Notes: generated from the sequence alone by a model not told the origin. 34,774 nt of DNA from a bacterium (GCA_030626045.1 DAOUPS010000001.1:1-34774); one strand, 5' to 3'. Positions 26,014 through 34,774 are shown, numbered from the stretch's first letter. Numbers and translations are program-made.

Positions 26014-27081
26014 TTATTCAAGCGCGGTTATTCCCGGCAATTCCTTGCCGGCCAAAAATTTCAGCATTGCCCCGCCACTCATCGAAACATAATCAAAATC
26101 ATCAAAACTTCCAAACTGCTTTATCGCATCAAGAGTCTCGCCCCCTCCAACAACTTGCATTGCCTTCTTATTTTCAATTATCGCCTTCTGGATCTTCTTC
26201 GTCCCTTCAGCAGATTCTTCAACTTCATACTTTCCCATAGGCCCATTCCAAACAATTGTCTTGGCTTTTCTTATGTATTTAGTAAAATTTTCAATCGTTT
26301 TCGGACCAATATCAACTCTTAGTTTTGCTTTCGCGCTTGGAGAATAATCAACAGGCAGAATAATTTTTTCGCCCAGTGATATTTTTTCATCAATTGCTTC
26401 ATTGGCAATTAAACCACCGACTAAAATATGATCGTATGTTTTTAGCATATTTTTAATAACTGGAAGTTTTGTCGCGATTTTCGCCCCTCCGATCACCATA
26501 ACAGCAGGATGTTGCGGACTGTCTTTTACTTTTGAAAGATTCGTAAACTCTTTCTCAAAAAGCAGGCCCATGCACTTTTCACTTGTAAATTTCGGTATTC
26601 CAACAAACGAAGCATGCGCCCGATGGCTTACTGAAAAAGCATCATTCACATATACATCGAAAAGCGTACCGATAGACTTCGCAAATGTTTCCTCATTAGC
26701 CTCCTCTTGATACCAAAAACGGACATTTTCAAAAAGAAAAAGTGCGCCGGAAGTATGCTTAGATGACGATACAAGGCGTTTCAGTTCTTGCAGATCGTCA
26801 ATCATCGCAACCTTTATTCCTGATACTTCTCCCAATTTTTTTGCAATGAGCTTATTGGAAAGCTCTTCGGTACGTCTTCCATCAGGACGTCCGAAATGAT
26901 TAATTAGAACAACTATTTCAGGATCTTGTTTTAGGACATAGTCAAGCGTCGGCAGTGATGCCTGCAGTCGCGTGTCATCAATAATGATCCCATTTTTAAT
27001 AGGTAAGTCAAAACCAACGCGAATAATTACTTTTTTTCCTCTTAGGTCTGTATCTTTTAGTGATCTCATAAGCGTATTCAT
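26014..27081 (-). CDS. pgk: Phosphoglycerate kinase (short form, 355 aa)
   Basis: KKVIIRVGFDLPIKNGIIIDDTRLQASLPTLDY, HFGRPDG, FENVRF, YVNDAFSVSHRAHAS, GGAKIATKL, IVWNGPMGKYE, GGGETLDA. Confidence 0.93.
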   Translation of the reverse strand: MNTLMRSLKDTDLRGKKVIIRVGFDLPIKNGIIIDDTRLQASLPTLDYVLKQDPEIVVLINHFGRPDGRRTEELSNKLIAKKLGEVSGIKVAMIDDLQELKRLVSSSKHTSGALFLFENVRFWYQEEANEETFAKSIGTLFDVYVNDAFSVSHRAHASFVGIPKFTSEKCMGLLFEKEFTNLSKVKDSPQHPAVMVIGGAKIATKLPVIKNMLKTYDHILVGGLIANEAIDEKISLGEKIILPVDYSPSAKAKLRVDIGPKTIENFTKYIRKAKTIVWNGPMGKYEVEESAEGTKKIQKAIIENKKAMQVVGGGETLDAIKQFGSFDDFDYVSMSGGAMLKFLAGKELPGITALE

Positions 27082-27127
27082 AAGGATTTAGAAAAATATG
27101 GCAAGACAAGATATTGTATTTTGAGTG

Positions 27128-28252
27128 TTAGTTGCCTTTATCAATATCACTTTGTTGGAATTCTTTATATTTATCTTCCACAAAATTTTTAATTTTATTT
27201 TGAAAATTTTCTCTTTTAAATTCCAGTGACGTCTTTCGAATATATTCCGGGTCAAACGTAAGCGTCCGGAAATGTTTCACGGCATTGACCACATTATCAA
27301 CGGTCTGCTTTTCAAAAAACACTCCTGTCTTCCCTTCTTCAACATGCTCTACAATATCACCGGCACGATAGGCGATCACCGGTCGGCCGGAAGCTAACGC
27401 TTCAATCGCCACAATGCCAAAATCTTCTTCTTGAGGAAATAAAAACGCCTGCGCCTTTGAGTAAATATCTTTTAATCTCTCATCGGAAACATGCCCTAGA
27501 AATTCAATATTGGGACCCGCAATTTTCTGCAAACTGCCACGTTCCATTCCTCTACCGACGATCTTTAAAGGCAATTTTAATTCATTGAACGCCTTGATCA
27601 CTAAATCCATTCGCTTATACTTCATCATTCTTCCTACCATAAGAAAATATTCTTCAACTGATTCTCTTTTCGAAATATGAAAATTGTCAATATTCACAGA
27701 TGGATGAATAACATCAGCATTTCGCTGATAGTATTTTTTGATCCTTCCTGCGACAAAATTTGAGTTCGCCACAAAATGATCAACACCATTCGTTCCATAA
27801 TAATCCCACATTCGAATATAGTTCATTAACAAAGGAACAAATTTTTTTATAATTTTTGGAAAATTGAACTCTTGAGTGTAATATTGGCAGTCATCCCACC
27901 CATAACGCATCGGGGTATGGCAATAGGAAATGTGTAAAGTATCACTATTTGTAATTATATTTTTCGCGAAACTTGAAGAATCTGATATAACGACATCATA
28001 ATAACCCAAACTGAACTGTTCAGTTGCCAGCATCATAAGCGGAGGAAATAAACGATGGTGTTTTCTTGAAAACGGCACTCTTTGAAGAAATGATGTCCGT
28101 ACAGTTTTTTTGTCAAACTTGCCATGTACTAGCCGCGGCTCGTGTACTAAGGTGTAGATCGGAGCGTAAGGCCAAATTTCACAGAGCGCTTCAAGCACTC
28201 TTTCTGCTCCTCCATATTGGATAAGATAATCATGAACTAGTGCGATCTTCAT
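27128..28252 (-). CDS. Family 4 (GT-B) glycosyltransferase
   Basis: 374 aa. MKIALVHDYLIQYGGAERVLE N-terminus and a C-terminal Glycos_transf_1-like region (FLFPQEEDFGIVAIEALASGRPVIA). Confidence 0.85.
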   Translation of the reverse strand: MKIALVHDYLIQYGGAERVLEALCEIWPYAPIYTLVHEPRLVHGKFDKKTVRTSFLQRVPFSRKHHRLFPPLMMLATEQFSLGYYDVVISDSSSFAKNIITNSDTLHISYCHTPMRYGWDDCQYYTQEFNFPKIIKKFVPLLMNYIRMWDYYGTNGVDHFVANSNFVAGRIKKYYQRNADVIHPSVNIDNFHISKRESVEEYFLMVGRMMKYKRMDLVIKAFNELKLPLKIVGRGMERGSLQKIAGPNIEFLGHVSDERLKDIYSKAQAFLFPQEEDFGIVAIEALASGRPVIAYRAGDIVEHVEEGKTGVFFEKQTVDNVVNAVKHFRTLTFDPEYIRKTSLEFKRENFQNKIKNFVEDKYKEFQQSDIDKGN

Positions 28253-28264
28253 GTTTTATTTTCA

Positions 28265-28278
28265 ATGGAAACAATCTC
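28265..28278. repeat. Intergenic ATGGRA-N4-TYCC motif copy (ATGGAAACAATCTC)
   Basis: Abuts the secF stop (28279) and lies 12 nt upstream of the GT4 ATG. Confidence 0.35.
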
Positions 28279-29190
28279 TTAATTCAATTCTTTTTGTTTT
28301 GCTCGTATTTCTCTTTCCCATATTTCAACAAGAAACGCGCTGGCGATAAAAATTGACGAGTATGTTCCAAAAAATATACCGATAAGTAAAGCTAAAGAAA
28401 AATATTTTATTGTCACGCCTCCGAAAAATATAGTAGCCAGAAGAACGATAAAAACCGTCAAAGAAGTATTGATCGATCTGGCCAATGTTTCATTAATGGA
28501 ATTATTTACGGTTTCTTCAAAATCATGCTTCGCTCCGGCTCTATTTAAATTTTCTCTTATTCGATCAAAAACAACGATCGTATCATTAACGCTGTAACCT
28601 AAAATTGTTAAAAGCGCGGCAACAAACGGTATATTCACTTCTATGCCATAAAATTTTCCCAAAAAAGAAAAGATTCCAATGGTAATGATGGTGTCATGGG
28701 TAAGCGCGATAACAGCGGCAATGCCATATTTCCAGCTTTCCACAGGATAAGATACTTTCCTAAATGCCCATGTAATGTATACCGCTATTCCGATCACCGC
28801 CAAGACTATGGCTGTTATTGCCTTTTTTTTGAGTTCATCGGATATTACCGAGCTGACAAATTCCACTCTTTCAATACTCACTCCTTCAAATGAATCCCTG
28901 ATCTTTGCCTGAACTTCCTCGTTTTTTGTATCGTCATCTGAAACAAATCTTACAAACATAGTTCCTTCCTCAGATGGCTGAACGGTCAGGCTTCCAAGTC
29001 CGAAGTTACTTAAAGAATCGCTAACCTCTTCATTGGTCGGTACATCTTGAGAAAATTTTAACTCTAATAAAACGCCGCCGGTAAAATCAATCCCTTTTTT
29101 CAGGCCCCAAATTGACAAAAAAAGCACACTTGTAATAACAAGCGCTGCGGAAAGATAAAGAAAGCCTTTTCGTTTCTGAATGATCTTCAT
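28279..29190 (-). CDS. secF: Protein translocase subunit SecF
   Basis: 303 aa. GIDFTGGVLLE, six TM helices, and the conserved LGYSVNDTIVVFDRIREN motif. Confidence 0.9.
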   Translation of the reverse strand: MKIIQKRKGFLYLSAALVITSVLFLSIWGLKKGIDFTGGVLLELKFSQDVPTNEEVSDSLSNFGLGSLTVQPSEEGTMFVRFVSDDDTKNEEVQAKIRDSFEGVSIERVEFVSSVISDELKKKAITAIVLAVIGIAVYITWAFRKVSYPVESWKYGIAAVIALTHDTIITIGIFSFLGKFYGIEVNIPFVAALLTILGYSVNDTIVVFDRIRENLNRAGAKHDFEETVNNSINETLARSINTSLTVFIVLLATIFFGGVTIKYFSLALLIGIFFGTYSSIFIASAFLVEIWEREIRAKQKELN

Positions 29191-29250
29191 ATATATTGCA
29201 ACTGCTTAGTATTCTTTAGTGTATCCCAAGCCAAAACAAAAATCAAATGA

Positions 29251-29967
29251 TCACATGGCAATGATCACCACGAATTCTCCTCTAATTGATCTCTCGTTTG
29301 CTTCAAAATATTCAATTATTTCATCGGGGTCTCCGCGCACTATTTCCTCAAACATCTTTGTCAATTCGCGGCCGACAATTATTTTTCTTTCTATTCCTTC
29401 CTTTCGCATAAGCTCTTTGCAAAGCTTGACATTTTTAAAAAAACGATGCGGCGAGTCATAATAGAATACAGGGTAACAAATATTGATCGCTTCCCTGAAA
29501 AAAGTTTCTCGTCCTTTTTTATTCGGCGGAAATCCTAAAAATGTGAATTTGGATAGATTAATTCCGGCCACTGATGCCAATGCTGTAATCGCAGACGCTC
29601 CCGGAATTGGAATAATTTTGATCTCATCTCCAAATTCTTCCAAGATCTCCGCTACCAGCTTGTTTCCCGGATCGGAAATTCCCGGTGTTCCGGCATCTGT
29701 TACAAGTGCCAGTGTTTTACCGTTTTTCAAATATTCAATAATTTTTCTAATTTTGTGCGGCTGGCTTTGCTGGTGATAGGATGACAGCGGTTTTTGGATA
29801 TTATAGCGATCTAACAATTTTTTTGTTACCCTCGTATCCTCGCATAATATCAGATCAACTTTTTTTAAAGTCTCAATGGCACGAAATGTGATATCGCTTA
29901 AATTGCCGATTGGAGTTGCGACGATATAAAATCTTTTTTTGCTTTCTTCTTCTGTCATCCGCATCAA
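29251..29967 (-). CDS. rsmI: 16S rRNA (cytidine1402-2'-O)-methyltransferase
   Basis: 238 aa. FYIVATPIGNLSDITFRAIETLKKVDLILCEDTR and TDAGTPGISDPG match the tetrapyrrole-methylase-fold RsmI signatures. Confidence 0.88.
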   Translation of the reverse strand: MMRMTEEESKKRFYIVATPIGNLSDITFRAIETLKKVDLILCEDTRVTKKLLDRYNIQKPLSSYHQQSQPHKIRKIIEYLKNGKTLALVTDAGTPGISDPGNKLVAEILEEFGDEIKIIPIPGASAITALASVAGINLSKFTFLGFPPNKKGRETFFREAINICYPVFYYDSPHRFFKNVKLCKELMRKEGIERKIIVGRELTKMFEEIVRGDPDEIIEYFEANERSIRGEFVVIIAM

Positions 29968-29983
29968 CTTTTTTCACAATTTG

Positions 29984-30904
29984 TTAAAAATTACATTCCA
30001 TATATCTCATATCGCACTTAAACACTTTCCCGTATTGGTCTATGATCGCGATTGAATTATTAGAAACATGTCCATATTTAAAACCGTATTCAAGTTCAGG
30101 CCAAAAAGTTTCCTGTCCAATTGAGCACATTTTGCCCCCGCCAAGCGGAGTTTTGGGAGCAATAATTGATCCGTCGTTCTTAAGGCATGCCTCACCAGTG
30201 GCTTTTGTTTGATGCATGATCAATTTTGCGTAAGCAGACTCAGCGTGCATACGAGAGTCATTTAAGCCTATTAGAACACTGCTGCTTATTAAGGCAATAA
30301 AGACACATACTACAACGATAATTACTGCAATAATGCTCTTTACACTTGAAGATTTTTTGGGATCAGCGTATATAACTGCGGTCTTGCCAATTTTGTCGTG
30401 TATTCCCTGTTTTTTTGCGTCAAAACCAATCATGAAGTAACCAATGCAGAAAATGATCGTTGATACAATTCTCCCAACAGTTTCACGAAGAACCACTTGT
30501 CCAAGATCAAGCTGTTCTCCGTCGGTCGGAACAACACGAAGCCCAAAAGCGCGTTTGCCAAACGTTGCCTCATAATTATATGTCATATATATAAAATACC
30601 CCCATGAAAGCAGTATCCCAAACAGCTGGCTTAACGGCACAATTACATTTCTATCAATTCCGGAAACAGCAAAAAGAAATCCTATCACAAAACCAAAGAT
30701 CAAGCCAAGTATCATGATAACAATATTGTCGATAAAAAAAGCACAAAAACGAACCCAAAAGCCGGCGTATTTAACCACTGGCACAGATCGGGAAACTTGA
30801 GAAAAGCTTTCAGCGGTTTCGGTTTGCGTCTCTTGTTCGTTTTGTCCTGCCTTATTCTGTTCTGATCCAGTTTCTCTCTCTTGTTGCAGATCAGAGATAT
30901 TCAT
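29984..30904 (-). CDS. RDD-family membrane protein fused to a C-terminal Cys-containing, pilin-like extracytoplasmic domain
   Basis: 306 aa. The RDD core is YAGFWVRFCAFFIDNIV ... GKRAFGLRVV ... GIHDKIGKTAVI. An extra TM helix (IIAVIIVVVCVFIALISSSVLIG) follows. The tail begins LNDSRMHAESAYAKLIMHQTKATGEAC and carries five Cys. Confidence 0.7.
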   Translation of the reverse strand: MNISDLQQERETGSEQNKAGQNEQETQTETAESFSQVSRSVPVVKYAGFWVRFCAFFIDNIVIMILGLIFGFVIGFLFAVSGIDRNVIVPLSQLFGILLSWGYFIYMTYNYEATFGKRAFGLRVVPTDGEQLDLGQVVLRETVGRIVSTIIFCIGYFMIGFDAKKQGIHDKIGKTAVIYADPKKSSSVKSIIAVIIVVVCVFIALISSSVLIGLNDSRMHAESAYAKLIMHQTKATGEACLKNDGSIIAPKTPLGGGKMCSIGQETFWPELEYGFKYGHVSNNSIAIIDQYGKVFKCDMRYMECNF

Positions 30905-30915
30905 ACATTATACTT

Positions 30916-33228
30916 TTAATTATTTTTGTCATTAATGTCCCCTTTTTCATCAACTTGATCAAGCCGAATAGATAAAAGTTCTGAGACTCCGTCATCTCCC
31001 ATGGTCACTCCATATAAGACCGCCGCTTCTCTCATTGTTTGTCTATTATGAGTAATAAGCACAAATTGTGTTCGGTTCGATAATTCAGTTAATATCTTAC
31101 CAAAACGTTTGGAGTTTGCTTCATCAAGCGCAGCTTCCACTTCATCGAGAAGCGCGAAAGGCGGCGGATTGTGTGAAATAATAGCAAAAAGCAATGCCAG
31201 CGAGGTGAGTGCGCGCTCACCTCCGGAAAGCATTCCCAGATTGGTGATCTTCTTTCCGGGAGGCTCGGCAATAATATCAATGCCAATTTGCGTTTCGGGA
31301 TTTTCGTTCTCTCCAAGTTCTTCGGCTATGTCATCATTGTTTTCTTCTTTAGTCTGGCGAGCTAGTGCCTTGATCTCGATCTTTTCAATTCTGGCTTTCC
31401 CGCCGTTAAAAATTATTTTGAAATACTTGCTGAATTCTTTGTTAATAAATGAATAGGCACCCTCAAATTTATCTTTGATCTGATCGTCCATTTCGTGGAT
31501 CACTTTTTTAAGTTTTTTCATTGCTTCCTTCAGGTCATTGGATTCTTTTCTTAGAAAATCATGCCGTTTTTGTGTTTCATTATATTCCTCGATAATGGAT
31601 TCATCGATCCCGCCAATTTGCTCAAGCTGAAACTTTAATCTGTTAATATCGTTTTCAAGTTTTGAGGCTTCTATTTTTTCACCCTTATATTCAAGCCTAT
31701 CGGGAGAAATTTTCATTTCATTGTTAATGCGATTAACAAGGTCTTCTTCCTTGACCTCGATCCTTACAAACTCTATTTTTGCCTCATTAAAACTATCCTT
31801 TAATTTGTCAAGTTCGAATTGTTTGCGTCGAAGCTTGTCTTCAAGTTCAAGTGATGTTTTGCGCTCACTGCGATCCTTTTCAAAAAACTCATTGATCTTC
31901 ATTTTGGTTCTCTTGAGCGATTTTTCAATTTCAATCTTTCTCTCTTTGGCTGTTTTAAGAGCTGCTTGAAATTGATGGATCTTCTTTAAGTTTATTGTTT
32001 CTTGCCTTTCTATCTCTTTGCCCGGCTTTTTTTTCTCTATTTTACCCCTTATGACCGCTTCATAAAGATCATACAGCTCTTGGGCAACCATACATGCGTA
32101 TTTTTTCAATTCTGGTACTTCGCTCAGCGTCTTAATCCGCTCTATCCGTTTTATTAAATTATCTTGCTGCGACTTTATTCCGGAAATATGTTCTTTGACG
32201 GTATCCACTCCAACAGGAATGACATCAACAACTTGAATATTCTTTGTCCTTTCCTTTTCCAACTCGATCTTTCCTTCTTCGGCAATAATTTTGCGTTCTA
32301 TTGAATACAGTTCATGGTTCAGTTTTCTTTGATCTCGTTCCAACACATCAATATTGTCTTGCAATGAAACCGTGTTTTTTGATTCTTCTTTCAGTTTCTC
32401 AATGATTTTATCAACTTCCATTTGGATTTGCATCATTTTACGGCCAAAATCGTCTTTTATTTCCTCCGCTTCCGTCTTCGCGCTCATAAGCTGTTTCCAA
32501 AAAAAACCAAAAAGCATATGTTGTTTTTCTTTTAGACGCAGACGATATGCCTCTCCCTTTTGAGCTTTTGAGCTTTGCCGCTTAAGAAGCCGCAAATGCG
32601 GTTCGATTTCCAGAAGCAGATTTTCCACCTGCTCGACATTCCGCATCGTGCTTTTAAGTTTTCTCTGGCTCCGCTCTTTCTTGAGTTGATATCCTTTCAC
32701 TCCGGCTGCTTCTTCAATAATTGAACGCCTTTCAACCGGCGAGGCATTAAGAATATTATCAGCCATTCCTTGATTTATAATGCAATAACTCCGCTGTCCC
32801 ACGCCCGCCTTTGCCAGAATATCAACAATATCAATAAGCCTTGTTCTTGATCCGTTTATAAGATACTCGCTTTCCCCATTACGAAATATTTTTCGAGTGA
32901 TAACCACTTCATCAAAATCAAGGGAAATTTGCTTATCTTTATTGTCAAGAAATATCGATACTTGCGCGCTTCCCAGTTTTGATTTACTGCCACTGCCGGC
33001 AAAAATAATGTCTCTGGCTTTCTTTCCGCGTAAATTTTTCATTGATTGCTCTCCCATGGCCCATCGAAGAGCATCGGCAATATTGGATTTTCCGCTCCCG
33101 TTGGGACCAACTATGGCTGTTATCCCAATATTTTTGCCACTCTCAAAAACACCGCTTTCGAAAAAATCAAAAGTGGTTTTTTTTGCGAAAGATTTAAAAC
33201 CTGAAATTTCTAACTTTTTGAGAAACAT
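30916..33228 (-). CDS. smc: SMC chromosome-condensation ATPase, unusually short (770 aa)
   Basis: N-terminus MFLKKLEISGFKSFAKKTTFDF with Walker A GPNGSGKSN. The C-terminus has the signature LSGGERALTSLALLFAI and Walker B FALLDEVEAALD. The roughly 450 residues between are K/E-rich coiled-coil-like sequence. Confidence 0.85.
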   Translation of the reverse strand: MFLKKLEISGFKSFAKKTTFDFFESGVFESGKNIGITAIVGPNGSGKSNIADALRWAMGEQSMKNLRGKKARDIIFAGSGSKSKLGSAQVSIFLDNKDKQISLDFDEVVITRKIFRNGESEYLINGSRTRLIDIVDILAKAGVGQRSYCIINQGMADNILNASPVERRSIIEEAAGVKGYQLKKERSQRKLKSTMRNVEQVENLLLEIEPHLRLLKRQSSKAQKGEAYRLRLKEKQHMLFGFFWKQLMSAKTEAEEIKDDFGRKMMQIQMEVDKIIEKLKEESKNTVSLQDNIDVLERDQRKLNHELYSIERKIIAEEGKIELEKERTKNIQVVDVIPVGVDTVKEHISGIKSQQDNLIKRIERIKTLSEVPELKKYACMVAQELYDLYEAVIRGKIEKKKPGKEIERQETINLKKIHQFQAALKTAKERKIEIEKSLKRTKMKINEFFEKDRSERKTSLELEDKLRRKQFELDKLKDSFNEAKIEFVRIEVKEEDLVNRINNEMKISPDRLEYKGEKIEASKLENDINRLKFQLEQIGGIDESIIEEYNETQKRHDFLRKESNDLKEAMKKLKKVIHEMDDQIKDKFEGAYSFINKEFSKYFKIIFNGGKARIEKIEIKALARQTKEENNDDIAEELGENENPETQIGIDIIAEPPGKKITNLGMLSGGERALTSLALLFAIISHNPPPFALLDEVEAALDEANSKRFGKILTELSNRTQFVLITHNRQTMREAAVLYGVTMGDDGVSELLSIRLDQVDEKGDINDKNN

Positions 33229-33526
33229 TGCGTTTATATTTTTGCGCGAGTAAAAAAAGTTTTATGAATTTATGAGTTTTTGCATAAAGCTTCCATATCA
33301 TTATACAACTATATGAAATATTGTTCAAAAAAAATAGCAGTTCCCTCGTAATCTTAATGGTTTTTAGGCATATTTTCAATCACTTTTAATGCCAAAAGTG
33401 TAAGAGCCTGCCTGAAACGTAAAATAGTATGGATATTATTGTAAGGCACCGGCTGGCAAAATCCAATTAAAGCGCTTTTGCCTAGTCAATAGACAGATAA
33501 AATTCCTAATTGCGGTTTTTGGATAG

Positions 33527-33566
33527 AAAAACCATCGACAACAAGCTAATGCCGATGGCTTTTTTA
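33527..33566. terminator. Possible bidirectional terminator downstream of the tail-fibre-like gene
   Basis: AAAAA-CCATCG...CGATGG-CTTTTTT. The stem is 6 bp (plus 2 after a mismatch) with a large loop. The minus strand reads hairpin plus TTTTT about 45 nt after the stop at 33604. Confidence 0.35.
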
Positions 33567-33603
33567 TTTTGGTAATTTCTAGCAACTGAATCTTGCTGGA
33601 TAT

Positions 33604-34740
33604 TTACCTTTTCAAACCTTCAACCTCTTCCTGCAATTTCTCTATCTGCCTCTGCTGTTCTTTTACCGCTTCTATTAGCACTCCAATGAATCCATTATAA
33701 TTAACCAACTTGTATCCGTATTTGTTTTCAGAAACCAGGGAAGAAAAGTCTTTTTCCACTTCCTGAGCTATTACTCCTATACAGGGTTCTCCGTTACTCC
33801 TCATCTTAAAGTCTACCCCTCTTATGTTATTTATTCTGTCAATAGCATTTGAAACAGTTTTAATATCTTTTTTATATCTTTGATCGGAGGCATTGTGAAA
33901 ATTAGACGCCCATATGGGAGCATAAGTATTTTTAGCTCTACCAACTACCAATTTTGCACTATTTTGATTGCCTAATCTCACTCCTATGCTTCCGTCAATC
34001 CATACCGAATCTACATTATCTACAAAGTACATCCACGGACCAGATGTATCATCTAATGTGTTATATTCACCGTGGGTTAAAACGGTTCCTATCTTAAGTC
34101 TCTTATTCAAATTATTGCTGTTTCCCGCAACAATATCTCCCTTAACATCCAATTTAACACTTAACGCATCACTGGGATTCGCTGTCCCGATTCCTACATT
34201 GCCACCCCTACCAATAGAAAGCAACGGAGTACCAGAACTTGAATGATTTATTGTAAAATTACCCGTTGATTTCTGATGAGTAAGTCCATAGGTGCCATTC
34301 TGATGGTCTCTGATTCTACTGAAACTATCTAAGTTGATTATTGAGTAAGCGTCAAAAACAGTTCCGACCCCATCACCGGTAACATCAATGAGTCCGGTTC
34401 CATTTATTGCGTCACAGTCATGCACCACCATACCTCCGTCCACATCCAATCTGAATCTGTTGTCAGGAGCTGTCGTCCCAATTCCTACATTTCCTTTAGC
34501 CACAATCAAGCCATTCACGCTAATATCAGAGGTATTGAGCATCAGTCCCGCCTTTTTGAATTGAAAACGATCACTTACATTTATCGGCGCTTCCAGATTG
34601 CCTCCCGGAGGAGGAAATGCCGGCTCTTGCCAAGCCACAGCAAATTGGATAGACAAGCCGACTGCCAAGCCGACTACTACCACTCCCAGCCAGTAAGTTA
34701 TTTGGGAATAGATTTCTTTGGTTTTGGTTATTGGTTTCAT
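33604..34740 (-). CDS. Membrane-anchored tail-fibre-like protein with a C-terminal intramolecular chaperone (Peptidase S74-like) domain
   Basis: 378 aa. N-terminal TM (ITYWLGVVVVGLAVGLSIQFAV), then AWQEPAFPPPGGN. GNVGIGT repeats occur twice (GNVGIGTTAPDNRFRLDV and GNVGIGTANPSDALSVKLDV). The C-terminus is SDQRYKKDIKTVSNAIDRINNIRGVDFKM...GVIAQEVEKDFSSLV...VNYNGFIGVLIEAVKEQQRQIEKLQEEVEGLK. This matches the SD.R.K.NI ... GviAQEve ... l.AiKEl pattern of phage tail-spike chaperone domains. Confidence 0.8.
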   Translation of the reverse strand: MKPITKTKEIYSQITYWLGVVVVGLAVGLSIQFAVAWQEPAFPPPGGNLEAPINVSDRFQFKKAGLMLNTSDISVNGLIVAKGNVGIGTTAPDNRFRLDVDGGMVVHDCDAINGTGLIDVTGDGVGTVFDAYSIINLDSFSRIRDHQNGTYGLTHQKSTGNFTINHSSSGTPLLSIGRGGNVGIGTANPSDALSVKLDVKGDIVAGNSNNLNKRLKIGTVLTHGEYNTLDDTSGPWMYFVDNVDSVWIDGSIGVRLGNQNSAKLVVGRAKNTYAPIWASNFHNASDQRYKKDIKTVSNAIDRINNIRGVDFKMRSNGEPCIGVIAQEVEKDFSSLVSENKYGYKLVNYNGFIGVLIEAVKEQQRQIEKLQEEVEGLKR

Positions 34741-34774
34741 AATTTTTTTAATCCATTAGTTTAATTTATTGGCA

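Overview
Low-GC, gene-dense chromosomal segment with about 37 protein genes and one tRNA. All but four small ORFs are on the minus strand, and many stop/start junctions abut or overlap, so these look like long co-directional operons.

Recognisable content:
- Cell wall: SEDS rodA/ftsW-family, mltG, murD, murI, mraY, and an S11 D-Ala-D-Ala carboxypeptidase.
- Glycolysis: gap and a short pgk.
- Replication and segregation: gyrB, scpA, scpB, and an unusually short smc.
- Translation: aspS, rsmI, a YbaK-like deacylase, and tRNA-Gln(UUG).
- Other: secF, a partial ispG at the left edge, three glycosyltransferases, a NUDIX hydrolase, acylphosphatase, an MFS transporter, and a receiver-only response regulator.
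- Envelope and surface proteins: CAP domain, DUF2207, a coiled-coil lipoprotein, an RDD protein with a pilin-like tail, and a membrane-anchored tail-fibre-like protein with an S74 chaperone domain.

The streamlined proteins, the near absence of Shine-Dalgarno (SD) sites and the surface-fibre gene suggest a small-genome Patescibacteria/CPR-like bacterium. That is inference only. The standard genetic code fits.

I found no CRISPR array, transposase, integrase or known defence system.

Most unusual signals:
1. An orphan 150-aa gene with a strong SD, bracketed by a 46-bp direct repeat.
2. A self-contained plus-strand island of three tiny SD-led ORFs, two with CxxC motifs. It has its own promoters and terminators and lies next to the 3' side of tRNA-Gln.
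3. A 20-nt duplication of the tRNA-Gln 5' end flanking a 76% GC stem-loop in the tRNA leader.
4. A recurring quasi-palindromic ATGGRA-N4-TYCC motif, seen by eye only in intergenic junctions.
5. A 99-nt long-stem hairpin upstream of gyrB.
6. A 770-aa SMC in which I cannot find a hinge.

All functional calls come from reading the translations by eye. Nothing was searched against a database.
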